A DNA stretch of 64,000 nucleotides from an uncultured Solirubrobacterales bacterium (GCA_963831945.1 CAWHSC010000003.1:1694519-1758518), one strand, 5' to 3'; positions 21,143 through 34,296 are shown, counted from the first letter of the stretch. Notes: a model not told the origin generated them from the sequence alone. Made by a program: numbers and translations.

Positions 21143-22340
21143 TCAGCCCGCCGCGAGCAGCGCCTGCAGCCGGTACGCGAGCGCCTCCAGAGCGAGCTCC
21201 TCGGAGACGTTGAGGGGTAGACGCAGGCGCGTGTCCTGCACGAGCTCCACACCCTCGCGCAGCCGCGCGGGGGGCGGCCCGCGGCGTCGCGCTCGATCTC
21301 CGGGCGACAGTCCACCGCGTACACCAGCTCGCCCGCCCCCTCCGCCACGCACCACACGTCGCGCAGCCACAGCTCCGCGAGGCGCAGCGCGAGGTCGAGC
21401 GCCCCCGTGCGTGCGCGGCGCTCCGCGCGGCGCTGCGCGTCGGCCGCTTCGCGCTCGTGGCGTCTGCGCTCCTTCGCGGGCACCATCTCGAGCTCCTCCG
21501 CCACGCGCGCGGCGAGCGTCTCGCCGACCTCCGCCCCCGCGTCCTTGGCGACCTCCAGCAGCCCCACCCACTGGCGCTCCGCGGTCTCGCCGCGCAGCGC
21601 GCCGCCCACGAACGCCTCCACGCGCTCGCGCAGCGCGCGGCCCCACGCGCTCGCCAGCCGGCCCGCGAGCCGGGCGTCGCCGAGGGCCAGGCGCGCGCAC
21701 GCCGCGAGCCGGGCGCCCTCCGCGCGGTCGGCGTCCCCGCCGGGGCGCTCAGCCGACCCGAGACCGGGCGCGCCTGCTTCGTAGTCGGCCGTCAGCCGCT
21801 CCTCGATGCGGGCGCTGGGGAGCGGGTCGAAGCGCACCAGTTGGCAGCGCGAGGCGATCGTCGGGAGCACCTCGCGGGGGCTCGGGGCGAGCAGCATAAG
21901 GTGGGCGAACGGCGGGGGCTCCTCGAGCGTCTTGAGCAGACGGTTGGCGGCCTGGTCGTTGAGCGTGTGGGCGTCCTCGATCACGAACACCCGCCGGCGC
22001 GACTCGAAGGGGGTGTGGGCCGCCGCGGCGACCACCGCCTGGTCGATGTCCGCCACGAGCATTTCCCCCGCCCCCGAGGGCGTCACCCACGTGAGGTCGG
22101 GATGCGCGTCGCGCGAGACCCGCCCGGCGACCGCCTCCGGCGCGCGCGCCCCCTCGGCGAGCAGCGCGGCGGCGAACGCGCGCGCCACGGTGCGCTTGCC
22201 CGCGCCGTGGGGGCCGTGGAAAAGATAGGCATGAGCCGGATTCCCGGGCGGGTCTCTCGACCGTCGCGGGGCAGCACCGGCAGGAGTAGTGCTTGGGCGT
22301 GCGGATGGGCGTCGAGACCGGGGAGGCTCACGTGGCCCAT
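21143..22340 (-). CDS. holB: DNA polymerase III delta' subunit (frameshifted near 22250 and 21280)
   Basis: HAYLFHGPHGAGKRT, HPD, AANRLLKTLEEPP, LPTIASRCQ, C-terminal NVSEELALEAL. Confidence 0.9.
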
Positions 22341-22524
22341 CGTAGGGAAGGTTTCACACGACCGATGGCCTATGTCGTGCGAGTGGTGTCGAGCAAGACC
22401 GAAACCCTGGTCACGACGACGTGTGTCCGGCAAGCCTCCTGCGAGCGGGTTGGTCGTACGACTGGCGGCGCAGGCCCATTCCGCCGGGACCTCAAGAACG
22501 ACCCGTAGAGGCGATACTCCCGCG

Positions 22525-23145
22525 ATGCCGCGGGGCGTGTTGATCACGATCGAGGGTCTCGACGGGGCGGGCAAGACCACGCTCGCACAGGGGCTCGCGC
22601 GGGAGATCGCCGCGCGCGGGCGCCCCGTCGAGCTGCTGCGCGAGCCCGGCGGCGTCGTGCTCTCGGAGCGCATCCGCGAGCTCGTGCGCGACCCCGCACT
22701 GACGGTCTCGCCGCAGGCTGAGGCGCTGCTGTACGCGGCGGCGCGCGCCCAACTCGTGCAGGAGCGGCTGCTCCCCCTGCTCGACGCAGGCGCGCTGGTG
22801 CTGTTGGACCGCTTCGTGGACTCCTCGCTGGCCTACCAGGGCGCGGGGCGGGAGCTTGGGGTGGAGCAGATCCGCGCCGTCAACCTGCTCGCCACCGGGG
22901 GCCTCGCGCCGGACCGCACGCTGCTGCTGTGTATCTCCCCCCAGACCGGCCGCGCACGCCAGGGCACCCGCGCGCTCGCCCCCGATCGGTTGGAGCTGGA
23001 GGGGGAGGAGTTCTTTGCGCGCACCGCCGCGGCCTACACGGACCTCGCGCGCGCGGAGTCGCAGCGGATCGTGCCGCTCGACGCCGAGCACCCGCCGGAG
23101 ACGGTGCTGCGCGAGGCGCTCGCCGCGATCGAGGACCTGCTCTGA
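22525..23145 (+). CDS. tmk: Thymidylate kinase
   Basis: LITIEGLDGAGKTT, REPGG, LLYAAARAQ, DRFVDSSLAYQG. Confidence 0.97.
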   Translation: MPRGVLITIEGLDGAGKTTLAQGLAREIAARGRPVELLREPGGVVLSERIRELVRDPALTVSPQAEALLYAAARAQLVQERLLPLLDAGALVLLDRFVDSSLAYQGAGRELGVEQIRAVNLLATGGLAPDRTLLLCISPQTGRARQGTRALAPDRLELEGEEFFARTAAAYTDLARAESQRIVPLDAEHPPETVLREALAAIEDLL

Positions 23146-23214
23146 GGCGAGGCTGCTCTGCAGGGCATACGACCGACCCGCTCTGACGTAGGGCGTGCCC
23201 TACCATGGGGCACG

Positions 23215-23493
23215 GTGCACAGCATCCTCGAAGGCTCCTCCCGGGCGGCGGCGCTCGCCCTCGTGGTGGTCCACCAGACGACCCCGCACACGACGAAGCT
23301 CTCCACGTGGGCGATCGTCGCGGTGGTGGCGGCGGCGCTGCTGATCGTCGTGTGCCTTGCCTGGGGAGTCGCGCGCTGGTGGGCGTACGAGCCCCACTGG
23401 ACGGTCATCCTGCGCCACTCGCTCGCGGAGGCCAGCTGGCGCCTGGGGGGCACTTGGGGGGAGTTCTCGGATTGGATCAGATTGGGCCGCTGA
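23215..23493 (+). CDS. Small membrane protein
   Basis: TM helix WAIVAVVAAALLIVVCLAW; C-terminal EFSDWIRLGR. Confidence 0.6.
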   Translation: MHSILEGSSRAAALALVVVHQTTPHTTKLSTWAIVAVVAAALLIVVCLAWGVARWWAYEPHWTVILRHSLAEASWRLGGTWGEFSDWIRLGR

Positions 23494-23594
23494 GGACGGC
23501 CGCTGCGCGGCGCGATGCGGCGTCCTCAGATCGCTCGCGTGCATAGCACGCCACGCTCCTTGCGTCCTGGCCTCGCTTGCTCATCGACCGTCCT
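23493..23594. repeat. REP/MITE-like palindromic element, copy 1
   Basis: Terminal IR AGGACGGCCG/CGACCGTCCT; 60-bp core shared with 27456-27515. Confidence 0.7.
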
Positions 23595-23683
23595 AGAATT
23601 AGGGGACTTCCCGGGTTTTTCCGTCCGGCCTGAGCGGGAGGCTGTTCGGCCCCGAGAAGAAGGAGAAGAGGCCGAATGAGACG

Positions 23684-26509
<2,826 letters not shown>

Positions 26510-26529
<20 letters not shown>

Positions 26530-27363
26530 AGCCCGCAGCGCGCTCAGCCACTGCGGTTCGACTCTCGTCACGCCCGAGCATCGAGATGAAGACGGCCGCG
26601 AAGGCGATGCCGAAGACGAGGAACTCGATGAAGCACATGCCCGCGCCGGCGAGGTGCTGGTCGTTGATCGCCGAGAGGCCGAAGGCGCGCGGGGCGCCGG
26701 CGTAGAGGGGGTACTGGGTGCGTGCGAGCCAGGTGAGGGGCACGCAGATCGCGGCGCTCGCCAGGCGCGAGAAGCCGAGCAGCGCGAGCCGCTCGCCGCC
26801 GGGGCGCATCCGCGCGCGGGGCAGGGGGTCGATGATCAGCCACCAGAGCGCGAGGCCGGTGTAGAAGAGCGTGGCGTGCTCGAACGCGTGCACGGTGGGG
26901 TGCTGCGCGGCGAAGTCGAACACGCTGGGGATCGCCCACACCCAGGTGGCGAGCGCCCACAGCGGGATCGCCAGCCACGGGGAGGTGAGCCGCGCGAGCA
27001 CCCGTCCGAAGCGACCCCGAGGCGCCACCGCGAGCAGCGCCTCGCGGGAGAGGCCGAGCGGCAGCAGCGGGCGGCGCAGCCCGAGCACCAGCAGCGCGGG
27101 GGCGATGTCGGAGAGCAGCACGTGCTGGGCCATGTGCGCGGAGAGCAGGTAGCGGTCGCCGATCGGGTCCAGCGGCGAGAGCAGCGCCACGGCGAGCACG
27201 AGCAGGCCGCACATGTAGGGGATCCAGTGACCCGGGCCGATCGCAGTCGATTTGGAGGCGGCGCGGCGGTAGGCGCGCAGGTAGAGCCACGCCGCGCCTA
27301 GCAGCGCGGCGACCACGATCGGGTTGAAGGTCCAGGAGCCCCAGCCGGGGACGGAGCCGACAT
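26510..27363 (-). CDS. ctaG: Cytochrome c oxidase assembly protein CtaG/caa3-type (frameshift near 5' end)
   Basis: ALLSPLD...LSAHMAQHVLL...APALLVLG...HAFEH...DQHLAG. Confidence 0.85.
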
Positions 27364-27381
27364 GCGCGGCATCCTATCGAT

Positions 27382-27529
27382 CCTGAGGGCCGATAGCCGG
27401 CGCTGGCCGAAACGGGGATGCGAGCCGGAGGCGAGTGTCTCCCGGCTTCGGTCGGCGTCCTCGGTCGCTCGTGTGCAGAGCACACTTCGCTCCCTGCGTC
27501 CTGGACCTGCTTGGCTCTCGGACCTCAGG
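27382..27529. repeat. REP/MITE-like palindromic element, copy 2 (148 bp)
   Basis: Terminal IR 15/17 (CCTGAGGGCCGATAGCC / GGCTCTCGGACCTCAGG); contains the 57-bp unit also found in ctaA and the core shared with 23521-23580. Confidence 0.75.
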
Positions 27530-28508
27530 GGCGTTGCGCAAAATTCTCAGGTGCTCCGTAAGAGGCCGGCGGGGGTTCGTCCCCCCGGATCGCGGCGATC
27601 TCGCCGAGCAGCTGCGGCCCCGTGGTCCCGCCGAGCACGCGCAGCCGCGGCAGCCGGTAGGGGTCCTCGCCCGGCTGGGCCCAGCCGGGGACGACGGTGG
27701 TAGAGCCGCGGTAGCCGGCCGCCCGCACAGCGGCGACCACGGCGGCGTCGTAGTGGCCGGAGGGGTAGCAGAACCAGTTGACGGGGACGTGGTAGAGGCG
27801 CTGGACTTCGCCGCGGGCGACGGCGACCTGGTAGTGCAGCTGGGAGGGATCGAGCGTGATGAGATCGGCGTGGCTGAAGCCCTGGGTGTCGAGCTCCCAG
27901 CCGCCGGACACCAGGCCGCGGACCTGGGCGGGTGAGAGCCCGCCCTGGGAGGGGGGCAGGCCGGTGAGCTGGAGGTTCTCGACGCCGACCCACCCCAGCC
28001 GGCGCAGGATGGGGAGGGCGTTGGTGTACTGGGACTGGTAGCCGTTGTCGAAGGTGAGCACGACCGGCTTGCCGGGCGGCAGCGGCGCGCCTTCCTTCCA
28101 GGAGGCCCACAGCTGGTCCATCGTGACCGCGTGGAAACCGGCCTGCGCGAGCGCGTGCACCTGTTCGGCGAACTCTTCGGAGGGCACGTAGAGGCCCGGG
28201 AAGGGGGCCCCCGCGGGCGGGGGGTTGATGACGTGGTACATCAGGATCGGGACCGCCTCGGCTCGGGGCACCTTCCCCGCCGTCCGTTCGCCCGCCCCGT
28301 CCGTTCGCCCGCCTGTCCCGGCCGACCCGCCCGCGCCACGCCGATCGGCCCCGGAGCCTGTCCGGCCACCCGCGGCGCCCGCGCCCCCAGCGACGCTCCC
28401 GGGCGAGGCCCGATGGCGCGGGGGCGTCCCCGAGGAGCCGCTCTCGGCGAGTGCGACCACGGCGAGCACCACGACCAGTACCGCCAGCAGACCCCCTACG
28501 GCCAGCAT
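27525..28508 (-). CDS. Polysaccharide deacetylase (CE4), membrane-anchored
   Basis: VPILMYH, VVLTFDNGY, FCYPSG, LPRLRV. Confidence 0.9.
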   Translation of the reverse strand: MLAVGGLLAVLVVVLAVVALAESGSSGTPPRHRASPGSVAGGAGAAGGRTGSGADRRGAGGSAGTGGRTDGAGERTAGKVPRAEAVPILMYHVINPPPAGAPFPGLYVPSEEFAEQVHALAQAGFHAVTMDQLWASWKEGAPLPPGKPVVLTFDNGYQSQYTNALPILRRLGWVGVENLQLTGLPPSQGGLSPAQVRGLVSGGWELDTQGFSHADLITLDPSQLHYQVAVARGEVQRLYHVPVNWFCYPSGHYDAAVVAAVRAAGYRGSTTVVPGWAQPGEDPYRLPRLRVLGGTTGPQLLGEIAAIRGDEPPPASYGAPENFAQRP

Positions 28509-28585
28509 CCGCCGACGCCTCGCCAGCTCGCGGCGGCGGGCCTCACGGCGGGTGGGAAGCCGTTCGCTGTCCAGTGCCTACCTGA

Positions 28586-28858
28586 TCAGTTGAGGCGGCC
28601 CTTGAGCGCGCTCGCGGCGGAGAACTTGGCGGCCTTGCTCGCGGCGATGCTGATCGTCGCGCCGGTGGCCGGGTTGCGTCCCTGCCGGGCGGCGCGGTGG
28701 CTGACGCTGAACTTGCCGAAGCCGGCGAGGGCGACCTCGCCGCCGGCGGCCAGCTCGTCGGCGACGGTCTCGATCGTCGCCTCCAGCGCCTGGCGCGCCT
28801 GGCTGGGAGCCAGTCCGGTGCGCTCTGCGACCTTCTCAGCCAGATCGTTCTTGGTCAT
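28586..28858 (-). CDS. hup: Histone-like DNA-binding protein HU
   Basis: MTKNDLAEKVAE...GFGKFSV...AARQGRNPATG. Confidence 0.97.
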   Translation of the reverse strand: MTKNDLAEKVAERTGLAPSQARQALEATIETVADELAAGGEVALAGFGKFSVSHRAARQGRNPATGATISIAASKAAKFSAASALKGRLN

Positions 28859-28937
28859 GTCGGTACTCCTCCCGTTGGTGGGGTAAAGCGAGCAGAGTAG
28901 CGCCCCGCCAGGACGGCATGGCGCCAGACAACGTTCC

Positions 28938-29999
28938 TCATACCGGGACGCGCACCGGCGGAGCGGCCTCCACACCCTCCCGCGGGGGGATCTCCACGCC
29001 CTCCCGGGCCCCCACGGGACGCTCCCGCAGGCGCCCGGCGGCGTAGGCGGTCCAGAGCGCGGCGATCCAGCAGGCGCAGGCGAGGCCGACGTGCACCCAC
29101 ACGAGCTCGGTGGGGAGGTGGGTCTCGTACTGATCCAGGCCGACGGCCCCCTGGAGGGCGAGCAGCACGCAGAGCACGGTGGCGGAGCGGCGCACAAGTG
29201 GGTCGGCGCCGCGGCGGCGGGCCAACCACCACACGAGCACGGCGAGCAGGCTGAACGCGAGCGCGAGCTCGGCGTGGCGGTGGATCACGAAGTCCATCGT
29301 GCCGCGCCCGTCGAAGTCGAGGCGGTTGATGCGTTCCCCGGGGTTGCCCCCGGCGTGGGGGCCGGCAGCGGTGGCGGCGGTGCCGGCGAAGATCGTCAGG
29401 GCCCCGAGGCCGACGAGCGCCCGGGTGGACCACACGAGCGTGCGGTCGCCGCTGCGGGGGCGCTGGCCGAAACGGGGATGCTCGCCGGAGGCGAGTGTCT
29501 CCCGGCTTCGGTCGGGCTCGTACCGCGCACGCCACGCCAGAGCGGCGGCGGCCACGAGGATCAGCATGGAGAGCGAGAAGTGGGCCATGACCCAGCCGTA
29601 GTCGAGCTTGCCGCGCACGGTCAGCCCGCCGAGCACGGCCTGGCAGACGACCCCGGCGGGCAACAGGGCGCTGAGCCACACGAGGTCGCGGCGGTAGGGC
29701 CGGCGGCGCAGCGCCCCGAGCCAGGCGAGACCGGCGGCGAGCACGACGGGCACGGAGATGACGCGGTTTGAGAACTCGATCACCGCGTGGGTGGAGAGCG
29801 GGGGGTAGAGGCGCCCGTAGCACTCGGGCCACTGGGGGCAGCCGAGGCCGGAGTCGGTGAGCCGCACGGCGGCGCCGGTGAGCACGATCAGCGTGAGCGC
29901 GACGAGGGCTGCGTACGCCAGGAGGACGTACTGGCGGGGCGTGACGGTGTAACCGTGGGTGCGCTCGCGCAGGCGTTCGAGGCGGGAGGCCGGGGCCAT
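28938..29999 (-). CDS. ctaA: Heme A synthase (COX15/CtaA)
   Basis: GAAVRLTDSGLGCPQWPEC, IEFSNR, QAVLGG, GPHAG. Confidence 0.92.
   Translation of the reverse strand: MAPASRLERLRERTHGYTVTPRQYVLLAYAALVALTLIVLTGAAVRLTDSGLGCPQWPECYGRLYPPLSTHAVIEFSNRVISVPVVLAAGLAWLGALRRRPYRRDLVWLSALLPAGVVCQAVLGGLTVRGKLDYGWVMAHFSLSMLILVAAAALAWRARYEPDRSRETLASGEHPRFGQRPRSGDRTLVWSTRALVGLGALTIFAGTAATAAGPHAGGNPGERINRLDFDGRGTMDFVIHRHAELALAFSLLAVLVWWLARRRGADPLVRRSATVLCVLLALQGAVGLDQYETHLPTELVWVHVGLACACWIAALWTAYAAGRLRERPVGAREGVEIPPREGVEAAPPVRVPV
29459..29515. repeat. 57-bp palindromic repeat unit inserted in frame in ctaA
   Basis: 55/57 identical to 27399-27455. Confidence 0.9.
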
Positions 30000-30195
30000 G
30001 GCCTGAAGTTTGCCAGCTTGGAGGGTGGTGTATTAGTTTTGGGGGTATGTCACCGACTGGACCTGTGGATAGCAACCAGATGGCAGTTATGAGAGGTCCA
30101 GTAGCTGTATGTTGCCCAAAAAAATGCAACTGTAGGCTCTCGCGGGTCTGTGGGTCCCAACCAAAGAGGCACTACCGCTCGGAGACCGGCAACCC

Positions 30196-30766
30196 TCAGT
30201 CGTGGTACACGAACGGCAGTTCGTCCGCGACCTCGCGCAGCGCGGGGGCGGCGGCGTCGCGGGCGGAGACGACGGGCTCGATCTCGGCGGGCCAGGCGAT
30301 CGCGACGTCGGGGTCGTTCCAGGCGATGCCGCGCTCGACGGCGGGGTCGTAGTAGGCGGTCTGCTTGTAGAGCACGTCGGCGACGTCGCGAGAGCACGCA
30401 GAAGCCGTGCGCGAAGCCGACCGGCACGTAGAGCACGCGCATGTCCTCGTCATCCAGCGGGACGCCCTCCCACTGGGCGTAGGTGGGGGAGCCGCGGCGC
30501 AGGTCGACGATCACGTCGAGGATGCGCCCGCGAGCGCAGCGCACGAGCTTGGCGACGCCGGGGCCGACGTGGAAGTGCATCCCGCGCACGACCCCGCGGG
30601 TGGAGCGGGAGTGGTTGTCCTGGATGAAGCGCTCCCGCGGGGGGAGCCCGGCGGAGGGGTGCCACTCCTCCCGGTAGGTCTCGCAGAAGAAGCCGCGCTC
30701 GTCGGCAAAGACGGGGGGCTCGAGCACGACGGGCCCCCGCAGACGGGTCAGGGGGATCGCGTGCAC
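30196..30766 (-). CDS. rmlC: NDP-4-keto-sugar 3,5-epimerase, RmlC family (frameshift near 30390)
   Basis: FADERGFFCE, QDNHSRS..GVVRGMHF, KLVRC, GFAHGF, YDPAVERGIAWNDP. Confidence 0.9.
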
Positions 30767-30782
30767 GCGGCGAAACGGTACT

Positions 30783-31535
30783 TCATCGGCCGAGGAACGC
30801 CTCGGTCTCGGCGAGCCCGGCCGGCGTGCCGATCTCGTAGAAGCGCTCGCGCGCCTCGAAGCCGCAGAGCAGCGCTTCGCGGGCCAGGAGGGCGTAGAGC
30901 TCGGAGAGCTCGCACACACCCGGCGCGGCGCGGTCGAGCGCCGCCTGCGTGAGGCCGCCGAGGCCGTAGTCGATCCAGCGCATGGCGGGGCGCGGGGCAC
31001 GCTTGTCGTAGGCGAGCACGCGCCCGGCGGCGTAGAGCACGTTGGAGGTGTCCCAGCGGCCGTCGTTGCGCAGCACGCACATCAGGGCCGGCAGGCCGCT
31101 GTCGCGCCAGGCCCGCGCCGCGGCGGCGTAGTCGAGGCGCAGAAAGGTGTCCCCGTAGAGCACCAGAAAGCGCTCGCCGAGCAGCGCCCGCGCGCGGCGG
31201 ATCGCGCCGAGCGTGCCGTCGAGGCCGGGGGCGTCGTAGCAGTAGGCGAGGCGCAGCCCGAAGCGCTCGGCGCCGACGCGCCGCTCGATCAGCTCTCCGA
31301 GGTAGCCGACGCAGAGCACCACCTCGCGGGCGCCGTGGGCGGCGAGCAGCCGCAGCTGGTGGTGGAGGAACGGCTCACCGGCGACCTCGAGCAGCGGCTT
31401 GGGCGTGTCGCGCACGCGCTCGCCCAGGCGCGTGCCCAAGCCCCCGGCGAGGATGCACACCGGGGGCAGCGCCTCCCCCTCGCCGGTCGCGGCACGTCTA
31501 TATAGGCACTCTTTTTTAGGCATATACATAGGCAC
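30783..31535 (-). CDS. Sugar-phosphate nucleotidyltransferase (HddC-like); start uncertain
   Basis: ILAGGLGTRL...PKPLLEVAGEPF, LYGDTF, FYEIGTP. Confidence 0.88.
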   Translation of the reverse strand: MPMYMPKKECLYRRAATGEGEALPPVCILAGGLGTRLGERVRDTPKPLLEVAGEPFLHHQLRLLAAHGAREVVLCVGYLGELIERRVGAERFGLRLAYCYDAPGLDGTLGAIRRARALLGERFLVLYGDTFLRLDYAAAARAWRDSGLPALMCVLRNDGRWDTSNVLYAAGRVLAYDKRAPRPAMRWIDYGLGGLTQAALDRAAPGVCELSELYALLAREALLCGFEARERFYEIGTPAGLAETEAFLGR

Positions 31536-31669
31536 CCAAAGGCACTATTTTCGAAGAGGGATCAGGGGGGATCGTCCACGTGAGTCGCCAACCCACCCGG
31601 GCGCGTGTGCGCTGGGGCCTCCGTGCCCCCGCGTCCGCGGCGAGCCACCCCTGCCGAGCGCCCCCGCGC

Positions 31670-32695
31670 TCAACGGAGCGCCGCCTCGCGCATCCCCGCG
31701 AAGGGCCCCGAGGCGTAGGCCCCCTCGACCTGCGCCCAGGCGTAGCGCGCGTCGCCCAGGTCGCCACACACCAGGCGCGGATCGCCGGCCGCAACGGCCG
31801 CGGCGAAGCTCGCCCACTCGCGCTCCCAAGAGCGGTCCTCATCCGGAAACGAGAGCTCCTCGAGCGCGGGCGGGCCGAGCGCGGGCGACATCCGGTAGAT
31901 ACGCAGCCGCTGCGGGCCGTAGGAGCGCACGAGCCCGTCGACGCGAAGCTTCGCGGTACGGCAGAAGACCTCCAGCGAGAAGAGGTTGCGCCACTCCGTC
32001 CAGCTGACGTGCAACATCGCCCAGGGCCCGGTGCGCGAGTCGCCGCGGCCGAGCAACAGCGCCGCGTTGTCCTCCACAGGTGTGTCCCAGAAGTGCGTGC
32101 GCAGCAGCGCACAGTGCAGCGGCAGGGGCCCGGCGAGCCAGTGCGTGAGGTCGAGCAGGTGCATACCCTGGTCGATCAGCTCACCGCCGCCGGAGCGCGC
32201 GGGGTCGGTGCGCCACTCGCGCTCGTAGCCGAGACGCCCGCCGTGCCCGTAGCGCGCGCGCAGGTGCAGAAGGGGGCCGTGGCGCCCGGAGTGGACCTCC
32301 TCGGCGAGGCGCGCGAGCCCCGGGTGGAAGCGGTGGTTGAAGCCGACCTTGACGAGACGCCCACTCGCACGCTGGGCCGCGAGCAGGCAGTCGATCTGCG
32401 CGACGGAGACCCCCGCGGGCTTCTCGACGAGCACGTGCGAGCCGGCGGCCAAGGCCCGCTCGGCGAGCGACGCGAGGCGGTCGTGGACGGTCGCCACGAC
32501 AACAACGTCGAGATCGAGCGCGAGCAGCTCCTCGAGCGTCGTGCAGGCGCGGCAGCCGTGCCGGGCGGCCAGGGTGGCAGCCGCCTCGGGGTTGACGTCG
32601 TAGCAGCCGAGCAGGGCATCGTCTGGCGCGAGTGCCGCGGCGCGCTTGGACCCGATCAGCCCGCAGCCGACGACCGCGACGCGCAGGCCGCTCAC
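31670..32695 (-). CDS. Gfo/Idh/MocA oxidoreductase
   Basis: VAVVGCGLIG, HVLVEKP, VGFNHRF, GGGELIDQGMHLLD. Confidence 0.92.
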   Translation of the reverse strand: MSGLRVAVVGCGLIGSKRAAALAPDDALLGCYDVNPEAAATLAARHGCRACTTLEELLALDLDVVVVATVHDRLASLAERALAAGSHVLVEKPAGVSVAQIDCLLAAQRASGRLVKVGFNHRFHPGLARLAEEVHSGRHGPLLHLRARYGHGGRLGYEREWRTDPARSGGGELIDQGMHLLDLTHWLAGPLPLHCALLRTHFWDTPVEDNAALLLGRGDSRTGPWAMLHVSWTEWRNLFSLEVFCRTAKLRVDGLVRSYGPQRLRIYRMSPALGPPALEELSFPDEDRSWEREWASFAAAVAAGDPRLVCGDLGDARYAWAQVEGAYASGPFAGMREAALR

Positions 32696-32699
32696 GTGT

Positions 32700-32842
32700 A
32701 CTCGTCCACATCGACTCCCACGTTCACACCCACATTCACGTTCACAACCCACATTCACACCACGTCCACGTCCACGCGCAAAGCCCACGCTCCCGTCTCG
32801 ACGATCGGGAGGACGTCCCAAAGCCACGCTCCTATCTCGACA
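32700..32842. repeat. CAC(A/G)T(T/C)-type microrepeats plus a 22-bp direct repeat
   Basis: cacgttcacacccacattcacgttcac...cacgtccacgtccac; AAAGCC(C)ACGCTCC..TCTCGAC at ~32780 and ~32820. Confidence 0.6.
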
Positions 32843-32851
32843 AGCGGAAGG

Positions 32852-33592
32852 CTATTGGTGGCCGGGCCGCCGGTGGGAGCGCTCCAGCAGCCGCGCGACC
32901 CCGCCGGGGAGGTCGGGGGCGAGCAGGTCCGGGCTCGCCCCGCCCAAACGCTTGTGGGCGCTGCCCGGGTACTCGAGCAGCGCGGTCCGACACCCCGCGG
33001 CGGCCCCCGCCCCCACGTCGGCGTCGGTGTCTCCAATCATCCACGAGGCACCGAGCTCGAGGCCGAGCGCGTCCGCCGCGTCGAGCACCATCCCGGGGGC
33101 GGGCTTGCGACAGGGGCACGGCCCCGAGAGCGCGGGAACGACCCCGTCGGGGTGGTGGGGACAGAGGTAGGAGGCGTCGAGGCGCGCCCCCTCGCGCGCG
33201 AGCAGGGCGAGCACGCGCTCGTGCACCGCGAGCAGCTCCGCCACCGTCGCCCGGCCCTTCGCCGCCGCGGGCTGGTTGGAGACGCAGACGAGCACGAAGC
33301 CGGCGTCCGCGAGCCTGCGCAGGGCCGCCGCGACGCCCGGCAGCAGGCGCACGTCCTCGACTCTCAGAGGCGACTCGAGCGCGCCGGAGGAGGGGTCGGG
33401 GACGCCCTCGTTGAGCACCCCGTCCCGGTCGAGGAACGCAGCCGGACGGCGAGCGGCTGCTCCCGCGCGCGCGAGTGACTGGGTTGCGGACCTGCGGAGC
33501 TCAGGGGTGCCGCCGTACACGGGCGGGCGGCGCTCCGGTGTGCCGTGTGTGCCGCGGTACACAAGCGGCCGGCGCTCGGCCGGCCGGCTCAC
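32852..33592 (-). CDS. gmhB: D,D-heptose 1,7-bisphosphate phosphatase (HAD-IIIA)
   Basis: FLDRDGVLN, VSNQ, CPHHP...CPCRKPAPGM, MIGD; GTGA overlap with the upstream gene. Confidence 0.88.
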   Translation of the reverse strand: MSRPAERRPLVYRGTHGTPERRPPVYGGTPELRRSATQSLARAGAAARRPAAFLDRDGVLNEGVPDPSSGALESPLRVEDVRLLPGVAAALRRLADAGFVLVCVSNQPAAAKGRATVAELLAVHERVLALLAREGARLDASYLCPHHPDGVVPALSGPCPCRKPAPGMVLDAADALGLELGASWMIGDTDADVGAGAAAGCRTALLEYPGSAHKRLGGASPDLLAPDLPGGVARLLERSHRRPGHQ

Positions 33593-34206
33593 GAGGCCGC
33601 GCGCGCCGCGAGCGTCTCCCAGTGGCCGGCCTGCATCGCCAGCGCGGGGTGTGAGACGAGACCGTGCCAAATCACGGCCTGCAGGGACTCGACCAGCGGC
33701 GTACGCCACGCCGAAGGCGCTTCCAAAATAATCGCGACGTCCGCGAGCTGCGCGAGTGTCCCGCCGGGCGCGCCGACCACGCCGTAGATCGCCGCGCCGA
33801 CCTCGCGCGCGGCCTCGATCGCACCGACGAGGTTCGTCGAGACGTTGTGCTCGCGCGAGCCGCCGCCGACCGAGAAGACGAGCAGCGCGTCGCGGGCCCC
33901 CAGGCGCGAGACGGCGAGCCAGGCGCTGAACGATGTCTCCCACCCGTCGTCGTTCGTGCGCGCGGTCAGCTCCGAGACGTTGTCCGTCGGCGCGTAGCTC
34001 TCCAGCCGGCAGAGCTTGCGGAAGTCGTTGACCGCGTGCGAGGCGTGCCCCGCGCCCCCGCCGACGCCGAGGATGAACAGGCGCCCCCCGCGCTCGCGCA
34101 CGTCCGCGAGGCCGAGCGCCATCGCGTCGAGCGCGGCCGGGTCGACGGCCCGCGCGAGGTCCGCAGCGGCGGCTAGGTAGGCGGCGGCGTGGTCGTGCTC
34201 GGGCAC
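33589..34206 (-). CDS. gmhA: Phosphoheptose isomerase-like SIS protein
   Basis: GVGGGAGHASHAVNDFRK, TARTND, SVGGGS. Confidence 0.8.
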   Translation of the reverse strand: MPEHDHAAAYLAAAADLARAVDPAALDAMALGLADVRERGGRLFILGVGGGAGHASHAVNDFRKLCRLESYAPTDNVSELTARTNDDGWETSFSAWLAVSRLGARDALLVFSVGGGSREHNVSTNLVGAIEAAREVGAAIYGVVGAPGGTLAQLADVAIILEAPSAWRTPLVESLQAVIWHGLVSHPALAMQAGHWETLAARAAS

Positions 34207-34217
34207 GTCGTCCAGCG

Positions 34218-34294
34218 TAACCGTTGACCCGTCAGCCGTCAGACCGTCGAGGCCGGTAACCGCTGACCGTGAGCCGTCAGACCGTCGAGGCCGG
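34218..34294. repeat. ~39-bp tandem duplication upstream of gmhA
   Basis: TAACCG(T/C)TGACC..AGCCGTCAGACCGTCGAGGCCGG twice. Confidence 0.8.
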
Positions 34295-34296
34295 GG

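Noticed and set aside
31580-33478. 632-aa plus-strand ORF and similar long antisense ORFs
   Set aside because: Antisense shadows of real minus-strand genes, typical of high-GC DNA
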